Assembly: GCA_003156235.1 (NCBI GenBank)
Contig: PMGP01000449.1
Span: forward strand, 1-56,528
DNA: 56,528 nt
DNA from: Acidobacteriaceae bacterium
GTDB lineage: Bacteria > Acidobacteriota > Terriglobia > Terriglobales > Acidobacteriaceae
Direction of reading: 5' to 3'
Shown here: piece by piece, positions 38,308 through 48,137 of the stretch
How positions within the stretch are numbered: position 1 is the stretch's first letter
Layout of the letters: each line of letters starts with the position of its first letter
Program-made: the position numbers and the translations under genes
The notes under the pieces: generated by a model
Databases searched by the model: none
Seen by the model: the letters and a program-made list of their open reading frames with translations, nothing else
Told to the model about the DNA's origin: nothing

Positions 38308-39897
38308 TTGCCAACAGGAGATTGCATGCGTTCCCTTTTTGTGAGACTCTGCGCAGTATTTGGATTGGCGCTCTGCGCGCCCTTCGGAGCCAGAACGCTT
38401 GCGGCGCAGGATGTACTGTCCGTCGCCTCGGGCAAGTTGCAGGGCGTATCGAACGACGGAGTAACGGCCTTCAAAGGCATTCCGTATGCGGCGCCTCCCG
38501 TGGGCGATCTTCGCTGGCGTCCGCCGCAGCCTCCGGCCGATTGGACCGGGATTCGCTCAGCGTCTCAGTATGGGCACGACTGCATGCAGTTGCCGTTTCC
38601 CAGCGATGCGGCCCCTCTTGGTACTGAACCAGACGAGGATTGCCTGGTGCTCAACGTGTGGGCGCCGGCCAACCGTTCCGGTCATGCGCTGCCGGTAATG
38701 ATCTGGATTCATGGAGGCGGGTTTGTCAACGGCGGCAGTTCTCCTGCCGTCTACGATGGTTCGCAATTTGCGCGCGGCAGAGTGGTCTTTGTCAGCTTCA
38801 ACTACCGGCTCGGACGCTTCGGTTTCTTCGCCCATCCCGCTCTCACGCGCGAGAGTCCAAACGGACTGCTGGGCAACTACGGCTACTTGGATCAGATCGC
38901 GGCGCTGCAATGGGTGCAGGAGAACATTGCCGCATTTGGCGGCGATGCTCACAACGTGACTTTGTTCGGCGAGTCGGCGGGCGGCATGTCGGTCCACGCG
39001 CTCATAAATTCGCCGCTGGCGCGCGATCTCTTTCAAAAGGCCATCATCGAGTCTGGAGGCGGACGCAAAGGCCTGGGCGGACGCCTGCATGAAGCTGCGA
39101 ACGGCAAACCCTCCGCCGAGGATTGCGGACTCGTATTCGCCCGGTCGAAAGGAATTTCCGGCGTGGATGCAGCCGCGCTGGAAAAGCTGCGCGCGCTTTC
39201 TGCTGAAACCATCGTGGACGGCTTGAATATGGCCAGCATGATGTCGCCCACTTATTCCGGTCCCATGATCGACGGCAAGATTGTTGTTGAAGATCCGCAG
39301 GAGTCCTATCTGGCAGGCACACAGCCGCGCATTCCGGTAATGGTTGGCGCCAACGATATGGATATAGGCTTTCCCTGGGGAAAGACCTTTGATGAACTGT
39401 TCGCGCCCTTCGGCAAGGATGCCGCTGCGGCGCGTAAAGCATACCAGCCGGACAGCACTGAAAATTTTATGACCGTCGCCGCTCGTGTGTCGGCGGACCG
39501 CATGATGATCGAGCCGGCGCGCTTCGTGGCGGAGTCTCTGAGCCGCACCGGCCAACCCGCATGGGAGTATCGCTTCTCCTATGTGGCCGAATCCATGCGC
39601 AAGACGTGGAGCGGCGCGCCCCATGCCTCGGAGATACCGTTTGTTTTCGATACGGTTCGCGCACGCTACGGTTCCGCTCTCACGCCGGCGGATGAGAAGA
39701 TGGCCCAGACCGCCAACTCCTTCTGGATTCAATTTGCCAAGACAGGCAATCCGAATCGCCTGGGACTTCCGAAATGGCCGAAGTACTCTTCGCGGCGCGA
39801 TGAACTGATGAATTTCACCGACGATGGCCCCGCCGCTCAAGCCGATCCTTGGAAGGAGCGCCTCGACCTGACTCAAAGGACTCAGAACACGCAATAG
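38308..39897 (+). CDS. Secreted type-B carboxylesterase
   Basis: FKGIPYAAPP.G.LRW, EDCL.LNVW, WIHGGGF, FGESAG, APHASEI. Confidence 0.93.
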   Translation: MPTGDCMRSLFVRLCAVFGLALCAPFGARTLAAQDVLSVASGKLQGVSNDGVTAFKGIPYAAPPVGDLRWRPPQPPADWTGIRSASQYGHDCMQLPFPSDAAPLGTEPDEDCLVLNVWAPANRSGHALPVMIWIHGGGFVNGGSSPAVYDGSQFARGRVVFVSFNYRLGRFGFFAHPALTRESPNGLLGNYGYLDQIAALQWVQENIAAFGGDAHNVTLFGESAGGMSVHALINSPLARDLFQKAIIESGGGRKGLGGRLHEAANGKPSAEDCGLVFARSKGISGVDAAALEKLRALSAETIVDGLNMASMMSPTYSGPMIDGKIVVEDPQESYLAGTQPRIPVMVGANDMDIGFPWGKTFDELFAPFGKDAAAARKAYQPDSTENFMTVAARVSADRMMIEPARFVAESLSRTGQPAWEYRFSYVAESMRKTWSGAPHASEIPFVFDTVRARYGSALTPADEKMAQTANSFWIQFAKTGNPNRLGLPKWPKYSSRRDELMNFTDDGPAAQADPWKERLDLTQRTQNTQ

Positions 39898-39909
39898 TCA
39901 TTGCCGTCC

Positions 39910-39977
39910 TGTACCTCGCCAAAGTGTGCCATGAACGGCGCGGAAAAAGTTTGTAGAAATGATCGAATGAAAGCAGT
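39910..39977 (+). mobile_element. IS-end sequence (39910-39923) followed by a second short group II intron 5' remnant (from 39924)
   Basis: TGTACCTCGCCAAA|GTGTGCCATGAACGGCGC.GAAAA...GAAAGCAG aligns with the reverse complement of 7643-7711. Confidence 0.65.
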
Positions 39978-40062
39978 TGTGGCTCGCCAAAATTTCATCG
40001 GGACGTAAAAATATGTCAGACACGCGCACGTGACCGTCATTTCGGTATTTTGGCGAGGGACA
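39978..40062. mobile_element. 85-bp MITE-like element with the same IS termini
   Basis: TGTGGCTCGCCAAAAT ... ATTTTGGCGAGGGACA; no ORF inside. Confidence 0.65.
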
Positions 40063-40210
40063 ACTCTTTGATGGATGAGAATCCTCCACAAGGTCCTACT
40101 TGAACGCCCAGCGGAAGCCTAATCCGCCATGGGCGCTCGATCCGATTCTTTGCGGGGCTATTACGCTGTTGATAAACAGATCCAGCGTGAGGCGGCACTT
40201 CAGACGGATG

Positions 40211-40251
40211 CCCATGCATGCGAGCCCTTTGCAGGGAAACGCATGCATGGG
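40211..40251. terminator. Stem-loop downstream of the SBBP/Ig gene
   Basis: CCCATGCATGCG ... CGCATGCATGGG, perfect 12-bp stem; no clear U tract. Confidence 0.5.
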
Positions 40252-40270
40252 ATTGGTCAGGGCAGTACTT

Positions 40271-43200
40271 CTAGTTGATGGTCAGAGTGAAAGTGGTTGT
40301 GGGCGACGGGGTGACCGAGGGGCTTCCGGATCCGGTTACCGTGAATGTATAACTTCCGGCGGTGGTTTCCGGTTTGCTTTTACCGCCGCAAGCGCTCAGG
40401 CCTCCGAGCACCACCATCAGCGCCAGAACGCCAAACATCGACAACCATCTGCGCCGCCGAGCGGGAATTCCGAGGAAGACGAGGAACGCCAGAACCGAGC
40501 CACCGCCTGCCCATGCACGGCCGAAGCCGTTGGCATCGGGCCGCGCCATTGCACTGCTGGAGCCGGATGTGGTGACCGTGACGGTCGCCGTGCCGCTCGT
40601 AGTACTTCCCCCCAGCGTGATCGTTGAGCTGCCAGCCGAGCAGCTTGGCAAGTTGGTGGCGCCGGTCGGCGACGAGGTCAGCGCACAAGCCAGCGTGACT
40701 GTCCCCGTATAGCCTGTCGTCGTGTTTACCGTCACTGTTGAAGTTGCACTGGCGCCGGGGGCAACAGCTGCGGGTGTCGATGCCGCCAGCGAAAACGCGG
40801 ACGCTGTCACCGTCGGCGAGGTCGATCCCGAGGTTGTGCCTGTTTTCGCAGCGTAATTGGCATCGCCGCTGTAGCTGGCGGTGAGCGTATCGGTTCCGGC
40901 GCTGAGGCTATTGGCCGGGACGAGGAAGGTGTATGCTCCGCCAACGAGTGTTTGAGCCGTTGATGTGTATCCGCCGCCGGAGAGAGTGACTGTTCCCGTC
41001 GGAGTAACTCCAGCGCCAGTCACAGTAACCGGAACGCTGAGCGTGGAACCCGAGTCCAGAGTGGTTGCCGCAGGAGTCACCGTCACGGTTGAAGCCAGCG
41101 GCGTTGCAGACACCGTCACCGGGGCCGTTCCCGTTGCTCCTCCCGTGGCTGGGGCGTAGTTGGCGTCGCCGCTATAGCTTGCGGTAAGGATATCGTTTCC
41201 TGCGTTCAGGTTGTTAGCCGGAATGACGATGGTGGCGATGCCGCCGGAAAGCGCCGTTGCCGTCGAGGTGTATCCGCCGCCGGAAAGCGTTATTGTTCCG
41301 GATGGTGTGGCTCCGCTGCCGGTTACAGTTACTTTCACGCTCAGGCTGGATGTTGCGACCGAAATGGATGCCGCTGGAGTTACAGTGATGGATGGAATCA
41401 GCGGGGTGGTCACTGTTTCCGGCGCCGATCCCATGGCGGGGCCGAAGTTTGCATCGCCGCTATAGCTGACGGTGAGAGTGTCGCTGCCTGCACTCAGTCT
41501 GTTAGCCGGAATCACGATGGTGGAGATGCCGCCGCTGAGCGTGGCCGCAGAAGAGGTATAGCCGCCGCCGGAGAGAATTACTGTTCCAGATGGCGTTGCG
41601 CCGGAGCCGGATACTGTAACTTTCACGCTCAAGCTCGCTGCCAGACTGGTGGTTCCCGTGGCCGGAGCCACATTGACGGATGCGGTTAGCCCGGTTACCG
41701 TCAGCGATGCGGTGCCATTGCCCGCGGGGTAAGTGCTGTCGCCGCTGTAGACGGCGGTCAGGCTGTGGGTGTTGGGCGTGAGTGTCGAGGTGGTGTAGGT
41801 CGCGATCCCGGAGGCATTGAGCGTAGCGGTCGTCAACGTCGTTCCGCCGTCCTGAAACTCGATGGTGCCGGTGGGAACGGAGGCGTAGGTTGCGGTGGGG
41901 GTGACAGTGGCCGTCAGCGTTGTCGACTGGCCGGCAGAGGCGGGCGATGGGGAAGCCGCGAGAGCTACTGTTGCTGTGCCGGTGGCGGAGATTTTAGCGA
42001 CAAAGCCGGTGGTGCTGAACTCGGCGCAGCCGGAAGACTGCATATGATTGGTCTGCTGGAAGGAGCCGGGGGTAACGATGGTTCCAGCGCAATTGTCGTC
42101 GAACGCAACATACATATTGCCAGCGGCATCAACCGCAAGGCCGGCAGGCGTCATGTTGTCGCTGAGGCCTGTGCCAAACTCCGTGGAAAAGAGCAGCTTG
42201 GAGCCTGTGGGGTCAAGTTCAGAGACAAAGACTGGTGCGCCGTTGTAAGGCTCCATATTGCCTACCCACGGAAAGTTGCCTGCGTTAGCCTTGCCAGTGA
42301 CGTAAACATTGCCATTGCCATCCAGTTGGATGGGACCAACCGCGCTTACCCCGTCTAGATTGCCGGTGGCGTTGCCGAGGTAGGTTGCCCATTCGATGGC
42401 AGTGCCGGTGGGATTGAGTTTGGCAACAAAGGCAGCGCTGCTTGCGGAACTGAGTTTCGCGGAAGTTTGATACGCGCCCGTGGTTACCGGAAAATCGGTG
42501 GAATCGGTAAGACCGGAGACATACGCATAGCCATCCGCGTCGGTGGTGATGTTTGAGACCATATCGCTTCCGCCTGCGATTTTTCCGCCGAGATAGGTGG
42601 AATAGGCCAGTGACGCGCCGCCGTTTGAGGTGACCGGATTGAATTTGGCGACAAAGCCGCGTTGCACATAGAGTGCGAGCGCCAAAGGATTATTAGGATC
42701 GGCCGGTCCGGTAGAGGGTTGAATTACACCAGTGGTTGTGGGCAGAGACGTCGAGGAGGTTTCGCCCACAATATAGAAGTTCCCGCTAATATCCACCGCA
42801 ACCCCGTTCACGCCAGAAAGCAGGTTGTAACAATCGAGAGTCCTACCAATGCCGGTAGTGCTGCTCCATTGGCAACCCGGATTCTGAGGAATGAAGAGGC
42901 TTGAATAGAGCAGACTGGAACCAGTGGGATCGAAGACCGATATAAATCCCTGAAAGTTAGTGGTGCCAACCCTGGCATCTTGCCCGGAGACCACTGCGCC
43001 GCTGGTGGTGGGGAAACAGGTGTAAGAGATGATCGTAGAGGGACTCGTATTGGTATTCAAACCGCAGCCAACATAGCTAGTCGTGCCGCCGATGTAGGCT
43101 TGCCCTGCGCTATCGATGGCAATGGCGACCGCATTCGATGTTCCATCGCCATCAAGAAAGGTGGAGTAAACCAGTCCGCTCCCGGCGGCATTCAGTTTGG

Positions 43201-44638
43201 TTACAAAGGCGCTGCCGTTGCCGTAACCTGGCGCCCCGCAGGTGCTTCGCTCCGTATACACATGGGTATATCCAGTCCATTGATCGTTGATGCCAGGCGC
43301 GCAGACAGTCTGGTACGCGCCGGATGTAATGGGAAAATCGGAAGAATGGGATTGCCCGACGACAAAAGCCTCGCCGTTGGAGTCAACGGCAATGGCCTCG
43401 CCGTAGTCATAATTCGAGCCGCCAAGGTAGGTGGAATAGACAAGGGAACTGCCATCCGGACTAAACTTGGTGATAACCGCCGATGGAGCACCGCTAGCGT
43501 TACTTGCTTTTGCAGGTGCGTTCAGATACGGGCTTTGTACCGGAAAGTCGGCAGAGTACGAGACGCCCACGACATACGCGCTGCCCTGACTATCGTAGGC
43601 AATTCCTTGATCGACATTGCCGGTGCCATTTAATCCTTCGATCCCAATGCTCTGGGCGCCACCGAGGTAATCATTCGTACTGCCGCCCAAATAAGTGGCA
43701 TAGGTCAGCACCGGATCGATGATAAGCGTCTTGGCATGATCGTAGCTGCCCAGTTTGAAGCCGATGCGGCTGCCGGCCACTGTGAACACACCTTCGACCG
43801 CAACTTTCTTGTCGCCGTCCATCTGATAGAGCACCGGCTTTTTGAATCCGGCCGGGCCGTTGGCCGCGCTCAGAACCAGATTGCCGTCGGCATCGATGGT
43901 GGGCTTGGCGCCGTCGATCTGCCAGCCGATGCGGCTGGCATCCGCGCCTGCGGCGACCACAAAGTCATACTCCAATTGCCGCTGATTGCCGTAGAAGACC
44001 AGGTCCACGCCGGGATAGACCTGCGCGAAGTTGACCTTGCCGAAGGTCTGAATGCCGGTATGCCATTTCTTCGGATCGTTGCCGATCAGGTAGCTGACCG
44101 TGCCGGATTGCGGATCAAGTCCCGTAACGGCGGCACTGGCATTGGCGCCCAGCAGCTTCATGCGCAGCGTGTCAGCCATGGCGACGCCGGGATGGCTACC
44201 CGGCGTCTGGGATGGGGAAGCCACCCGTTGCCGCTCCAGGTTGAGAACGACTTCATCCTGGGTGAGAAAGAGCGAGTAGCCGGAGCCACGCGAAAGGAAC
44301 TGCACGCTCGGATCGGTCTGGCCCCGGTTCGGCTCAAAGCTGAGCGGAATCTTGCCGTAGTTGGCGGCCACGTGCTTGCCGGCCGGAGCGGCGTTGGAAG
44401 CGGCATTGGCCGTGACGCCGTAGGTGAACAGCAGGCCCGCTAGCACAAGCCCGGTCAAACGCCCGCACCATGATAGGGATGACATCAACGGATTCAGGAA
44501 GGTCTTGAAAGATGTATGTAGGTGATTGAAGACGGACTTGATCATTTTCTCTCCTCTGCACTTGCCTCTTACCCAGATGGCGGGAAGCGGGTGGCGCGTG
44601 AATGCGCACTTTTCTTCAGAAAACCTGACAATGACCAA
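40271..44638 (-). CDS. Large surface protein: SBBP beta-propeller repeats plus bacterial Ig-like repeats
   Basis: PLSFEPNRGQ, LEYDF.V..GAD, LIIDPVL.Y.TYLGG, repeated AFV.KL...G..L.YSTYLGG, repeated TLT.SYSGDANY; start probably downstream of 44638. Confidence 0.88.
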   Translation of the reverse strand: MVIVRFSEEKCAFTRHPLPAIWVRGKCRGEKMIKSVFNHLHTSFKTFLNPLMSSLSWCGRLTGLVLAGLLFTYGVTANAASNAAPAGKHVAANYGKIPLSFEPNRGQTDPSVQFLSRGSGYSLFLTQDEVVLNLERQRVASPSQTPGSHPGVAMADTLRMKLLGANASAAVTGLDPQSGTVSYLIGNDPKKWHTGIQTFGKVNFAQVYPGVDLVFYGNQRQLEYDFVVAAGADASRIGWQIDGAKPTIDADGNLVLSAANGPAGFKKPVLYQMDGDKKVAVEGVFTVAGSRIGFKLGSYDHAKTLIIDPVLTYATYLGGSTNDYLGGAQSIGIEGLNGTGNVDQGIAYDSQGSAYVVGVSYSADFPVQSPYLNAPAKASNASGAPSAVITKFSPDGSSLVYSTYLGGSNYDYGEAIAVDSNGEAFVVGQSHSSDFPITSGAYQTVCAPGINDQWTGYTHVYTERSTCGAPGYGNGSAFVTKLNAAGSGLVYSTFLDGDGTSNAVAIAIDSAGQAYIGGTTSYVGCGLNTNTSPSTIISYTCFPTTSGAVVSGQDARVGTTNFQGFISVFDPTGSSLLYSSLFIPQNPGCQWSSTTGIGRTLDCYNLLSGVNGVAVDISGNFYIVGETSSTSLPTTTGVIQPSTGPADPNNPLALALYVQRGFVAKFNPVTSNGGASLAYSTYLGGKIAGGSDMVSNITTDADGYAYVSGLTDSTDFPVTTGAYQTSAKLSSASSAAFVAKLNPTGTAIEWATYLGNATGNLDGVSAVGPIQLDGNGNVYVTGKANAGNFPWVGNMEPYNGAPVFVSELDPTGSKLLFSTEFGTGLSDNMTPAGLAVDAAGNMYVAFDDNCAGTIVTPGSFQQTNHMQSSGCAEFSTTGFVAKISATGTATVALAASPSPASAGQSTTLTATVTPTATYASVPTGTIEFQDGGTTLTTATLNASGIATYTTSTLTPNTHSLTAVYSGDSTYPAGNGTASLTVTGLTASVNVAPATGTTSLAASLSVKVTVSGSGATPSGTVILSGGGYTSSAATLSGGISTIVIPANRLSAGSDTLTVSYSGDANFGPAMGSAPETVTTPLIPSITVTPAASISVATSSLSVKVTVTGSGATPSGTITLSGGGYTSTATALSGGIATIVIPANNLNAGNDILTASYSGDANYAPATGGATGTAPVTVSATPLASTVTVTPAATTLDSGSTLSVPVTVTGAGVTPTGTVTLSGGGYTSTAQTLVGGAYTFLVPANSLSAGTDTLTASYSGDANYAAKTGTTSGSTSPTVTASAFSLAASTPAAVAPGASATSTVTVNTTTGYTGTVTLACALTSSPTGATNLPSCSAGSSTITLGGSTTSGTATVTVTTSGSSSAMARPDANGFGRAWAGGGSVLAFLVFLGIPARRRRWLSMFGVLALMVVLGGLSACGGKSKPETTAGSYTFTVTGSGSPSVTPSPTTTFTLTIN

Positions 44639-44760
44639 AGCTGGCAGTCATTTACAAGCTGCGTAACTACTTGCTGGGAATAGGCTTTACAAACAGTTGC
44701 TATAATGGGGGCACATTCTTCCAGTGACAAGTGCCGCTTCATGCCCGATAGGGCCAGTTC

Positions 44761-46281
44761 ATGCCATCACAGGAAATTCGAAGCCAATTTATGCAAACGC
44801 CTGCCAGAAACCCGGAAAACACTGTTGGCCTTGGGCAGCGCCTGGACTGTTGGAAGGAGATTGCCAGTTATCTGGGCAAGGGGGAACGGACCGTCAAGCG
44901 ATGGGAGACGAATCGGGGCCTGCCCATCCACAGAGTGCCCGGCGGGGGCCGAGCCTCCGTCTACGCTCACGCGGCGGAACTGGATGAATGGCTGGTCTCG
45001 GCCAGGGCGCTGGAAATTGAAATCGGTGAAAAGGAAGGCGTGGCGGAGGAAACCGAAGCGGAAGCCGCCCTGACCGACGAGGCTCAGCCCGCGGCACCGG
45101 CAGGGACCTCTGCGCATAAAGCGCCGGGCAGATTCCGGCGCATTCCCGTCTCCCTGCTTCTGGCGGCGCTGCTGGCTATTTCGGGAGCGTTGCTCCTCTT
45201 CGTCCTGCGCGGTGGCGGCCGCATCTTCCTTTTCCGCGATTCGATGCCGGCTCGAGCGCCGATCTCCGAGTCGGAAAGACAACTTGCCCACCAGCTTTAT
45301 CTGCAAGGCCGGTTCGAGTGGAACAAGCGCACTCCCGAGAGCCTGAACCGTGCACTGGACGATTTTACCCAGGCGCTGGTCCATGATCCGGAGGACGCCC
45401 AGACCTATGTGGGGCTTGCCGACACTTACAATCTGTTGTGCGAATACACGCTGATGCAGCCGGACGAGGCATATAGCCGCGCGCTTGCGGCGTCGCGCAA
45501 GGCTGTGGAGTTGGACGGCTCCCTTGCCGAGGCGCACCGCTCGCTGGGCTTTGCCGAGGTTTGGGGCGAGTGGAATTTCAAGGACGGCGTCAGAGAGTTC
45601 CGCCGCGCCATTGAACTCAATCCCACTGACCCGCTTACGCACCTCTGGCTGGCTAACGCTTTGTGGAGAGAAGGCAGGTTCCAGCAGGCGTTCTCCGAGA
45701 TCAATCGCGCGCAGGAACTGGACCCCACCTCTCCCTCGATCCTGGCGGACAAAGGCTGCATGCTCTCCTATATGGGAAAGACAAGAAAAGAGGGAATCGA
45801 TCTGCTCAAACAGGTCGAGCGCACTTACCCGGAGTCAATTTCCCCGCATCGCTATCTCGCCAACATCTACATGAACCTGAAGGATTATCCGGGGTTTCTC
45901 GCGGAGAGTGCAAAGATGGCGCTGATGACCGGCGATCCAGTTCGGAAAGCCATCACCGCCTCCGCGCAGGAAGGTTTTTTGAGAGACGGAGAGCGCGGTC
46001 TTTTGCAGGGGCTGTATACGGCCCAAAAGAAATACCACAAAGAAGGAAAATTTTCTGGATTTTGGCTTGCCAGGACATGCGTCCTGATCGGAAGAAGGCA
46101 GGAAGCCATGCAGTTGCTTGGCGAGGATTACCAGCGGCACGAACCGGATTTTGTTTATTTACTCGGCGATTCGGACCTGGCTCCTCTCAAGGACGAGCCC
46201 GAGGTGCGCAAGATGATGAGTAGTATCCAGGTTTCCGCTCCCGAAGACGCTGACGGCGCGGAGGCAGTCGCCCGGAAGTAG
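44761..46281 (+). CDS. Membrane-anchored regulator-like protein: N-terminal HTH, TM, TPR domain
   Basis: LDCWKEIASYLGK.ERTVKRWE..GLPIHR, one TM, LYLQGRFEWNKRT and TPRs; start may be 44791. Confidence 0.78.
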   Translation: MPSQEIRSQFMQTPARNPENTVGLGQRLDCWKEIASYLGKGERTVKRWETNRGLPIHRVPGGGRASVYAHAAELDEWLVSARALEIEIGEKEGVAEETEAEAALTDEAQPAAPAGTSAHKAPGRFRRIPVSLLLAALLAISGALLLFVLRGGGRIFLFRDSMPARAPISESERQLAHQLYLQGRFEWNKRTPESLNRALDDFTQALVHDPEDAQTYVGLADTYNLLCEYTLMQPDEAYSRALAASRKAVELDGSLAEAHRSLGFAEVWGEWNFKDGVREFRRAIELNPTDPLTHLWLANALWREGRFQQAFSEINRAQELDPTSPSILADKGCMLSYMGKTRKEGIDLLKQVERTYPESISPHRYLANIYMNLKDYPGFLAESAKMALMTGDPVRKAITASAQEGFLRDGERGLLQGLYTAQKKYHKEGKFSGFWLARTCVLIGRRQEAMQLLGEDYQRHEPDFVYLLGDSDLAPLKDEPEVRKMMSSIQVSAPEDADGAEAVARK

Positions 46282-46608
46282 AGGCTGCGGAAGGAAGATT
46301 TCAAATCGGCATAAGGAAAATTCGCCTCTTTTCCCCAAACACACTACCGAACATGTGGGTCTGCGCCGGTGGAGGTTGCGAGGATTTTGCGTCCAGCGCG
46401 TTCAAAAACAATTTAAGGTCTGGGTTGCAAGAGTGGGCGTATACTACTGAATAACCAGTCATTATAGGCTTGGCGAGAATGTCGGCAGGACCAGGGAAAT
46501 ATGGTTTCCGCAAGCGGTTTTCTTCTACCATGAACGGTTGTCGTCTTCGTTGTTGATTTTTGGAGGCAGATGTCCGCAATATTTGGACACAGCTCGCTGG
46601 AGGGATGA

Positions 46609-47973
46609 GTGACCAAAGTCGCCTCTGAGTCAGACCATGCGGAAATCAGCACAGCAGAACGCTGGGAATTGATCGAGCGCATTTGGAACAGCAACGAGTT
46701 CAAGCGTGCGCGCCGGCTCCAGGAGTTGCTGCAGTACGTCGGCACACAGACAGTCAAGTTAGGGGTCACCACCATCCGCGAACAGGAGATCGGCGCGGCT
46801 GTGTTCGGACGGTCCGACAACTACGACACCAGCCTCGACAATATCGTCCGAGTGAATATGACCGAATTGCGTAAGCGTCTCGGACGCTATTTCGAAGATG
46901 AGGGATCGAGCGAGACGCTCCTGGTTGAAATTCCTCGCGGAGCCTATATTCCCGTCTTCTTCCGCCGGCCGGTCCACGGCGAGCATGAGACGCCAGGCAG
47001 CCTCAGTCCTCTCGAAGCCGACGAGAGCCTCCCTCCCGTCATCGACAGCCTCGAACCGGAGGAGTCCACAACGAGTTCGACAAGCGTGGGCATAGGGAGC
47101 CTGGCTTATCTGCGCAGCCATTTAATTGTCTTCGTATGTGCGGTCCTGCTCTGTTGCGGCATCGTTTTTCTGCTTTGGCAGAATGCGGTCCTTCGGTCGC
47201 AGTTGAACCCCTGGCGGGCGGACCCTGTGCGTAAGGCATTCTGGTCTGAATTCTTCGGTTCCGGCGAAGAAGTGGATATCGTCACTGCGGATACTTCCCT
47301 GGCGCTCGTTGAAGACATTCTCAAACAGCCCGTGTCGCTGGACGACTATCTGGATTACAAGTACAAGAATCGCGTCGATCTTCCCGATGTGACGCCGGAG
47401 ATGCGGAATACGATTAATATAATCCTGGGCCGGAACCTGGGGAGCGTGGGGGACTACCAGGTGGCCGAACGAGTGATGTCGTTGGGCGCGCACTCGCCGA
47501 ACCTCAAGCTGGCCTCTGCCCGCGCCTACACCCCCGAGAGCATCAAGACGAACAACGTCATCCTGATCGGAGGCCCGCAGTCCAATCCATGGGTAGAACT
47601 ATATAAGGATCGGATGGATTTTTACGTGGAATACGACGCGGTCCAGCACCGTACATACATCGTCAATCGCGCGCCGTCATCGGGGGAACAGTCAGTTTAC
47701 GAACTCTTTGCTGAGCCTGACCGGGGCTACAGCTTGGTTGCCTTCGTGCCGAATTTTAGCGGTCATCACTATGCCTTGATCATTGCGGGAACCGACTCGC
47801 AGGCTACGCTTGCGGCGGGGGAGTGGGTTACCTCCAGCGAAGGTCTTGCCACGATTCGCCAGAAGGCGCCGAATGGGAGCTTTCCTCTCTTCGAGGTTCT
47901 GCTTTCCAGTTCAAAACTGGCGGGAACGCCGTTGCGGGCCGAGGTAAAGGCTTTTCGCATCCATCAGCGTTAG
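46609..47973 (+). CDS. Membrane-anchored putative transcriptional regulator, same family as 33189-34544
   Basis: F.RA.RL.ELL.YV...EQEIG..VFGR...YDT..DNIVRV....LRKRL..YF...EIPRG.Y.P; TM; ILIGG..SNPW. Confidence 0.72.
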   Translation: MTKVASESDHAEISTAERWELIERIWNSNEFKRARRLQELLQYVGTQTVKLGVTTIREQEIGAAVFGRSDNYDTSLDNIVRVNMTELRKRLGRYFEDEGSSETLLVEIPRGAYIPVFFRRPVHGEHETPGSLSPLEADESLPPVIDSLEPEESTTSSTSVGIGSLAYLRSHLIVFVCAVLLCCGIVFLLWQNAVLRSQLNPWRADPVRKAFWSEFFGSGEEVDIVTADTSLALVEDILKQPVSLDDYLDYKYKNRVDLPDVTPEMRNTINIILGRNLGSVGDYQVAERVMSLGAHSPNLKLASARAYTPESIKTNNVILIGGPQSNPWVELYKDRMDFYVEYDAVQHRTYIVNRAPSSGEQSVYELFAEPDRGYSLVAFVPNFSGHHYALIIAGTDSQATLAAGEWVTSSEGLATIRQKAPNGSFPLFEVLLSSSKLAGTPLRAEVKAFRIHQR

Positions 47974-48137
47974 TGAGGTTCTCCTATTCACCTGTCCGTA
48001 CCCGCACCTTACTGCGGTAACTTCGTTCAGCCGTTCTTCTAACTTAATCTTTAACGCTCTTCTAACAGTGAGAAGTGTGCGTGAAGAAGACGAATCTCAC
48101 TTGCGCGGTCATGCCCCTGCAAACACAATGACGTATC

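Noticed and set aside
40840-41690. Three roughly 280-bp nucleotide repeats as CRISPR or mobile repeats
   Set aside because: They are in-frame Ig-like domain repeats inside the surface protein. No CRISPR array or cas gene was seen in the window.
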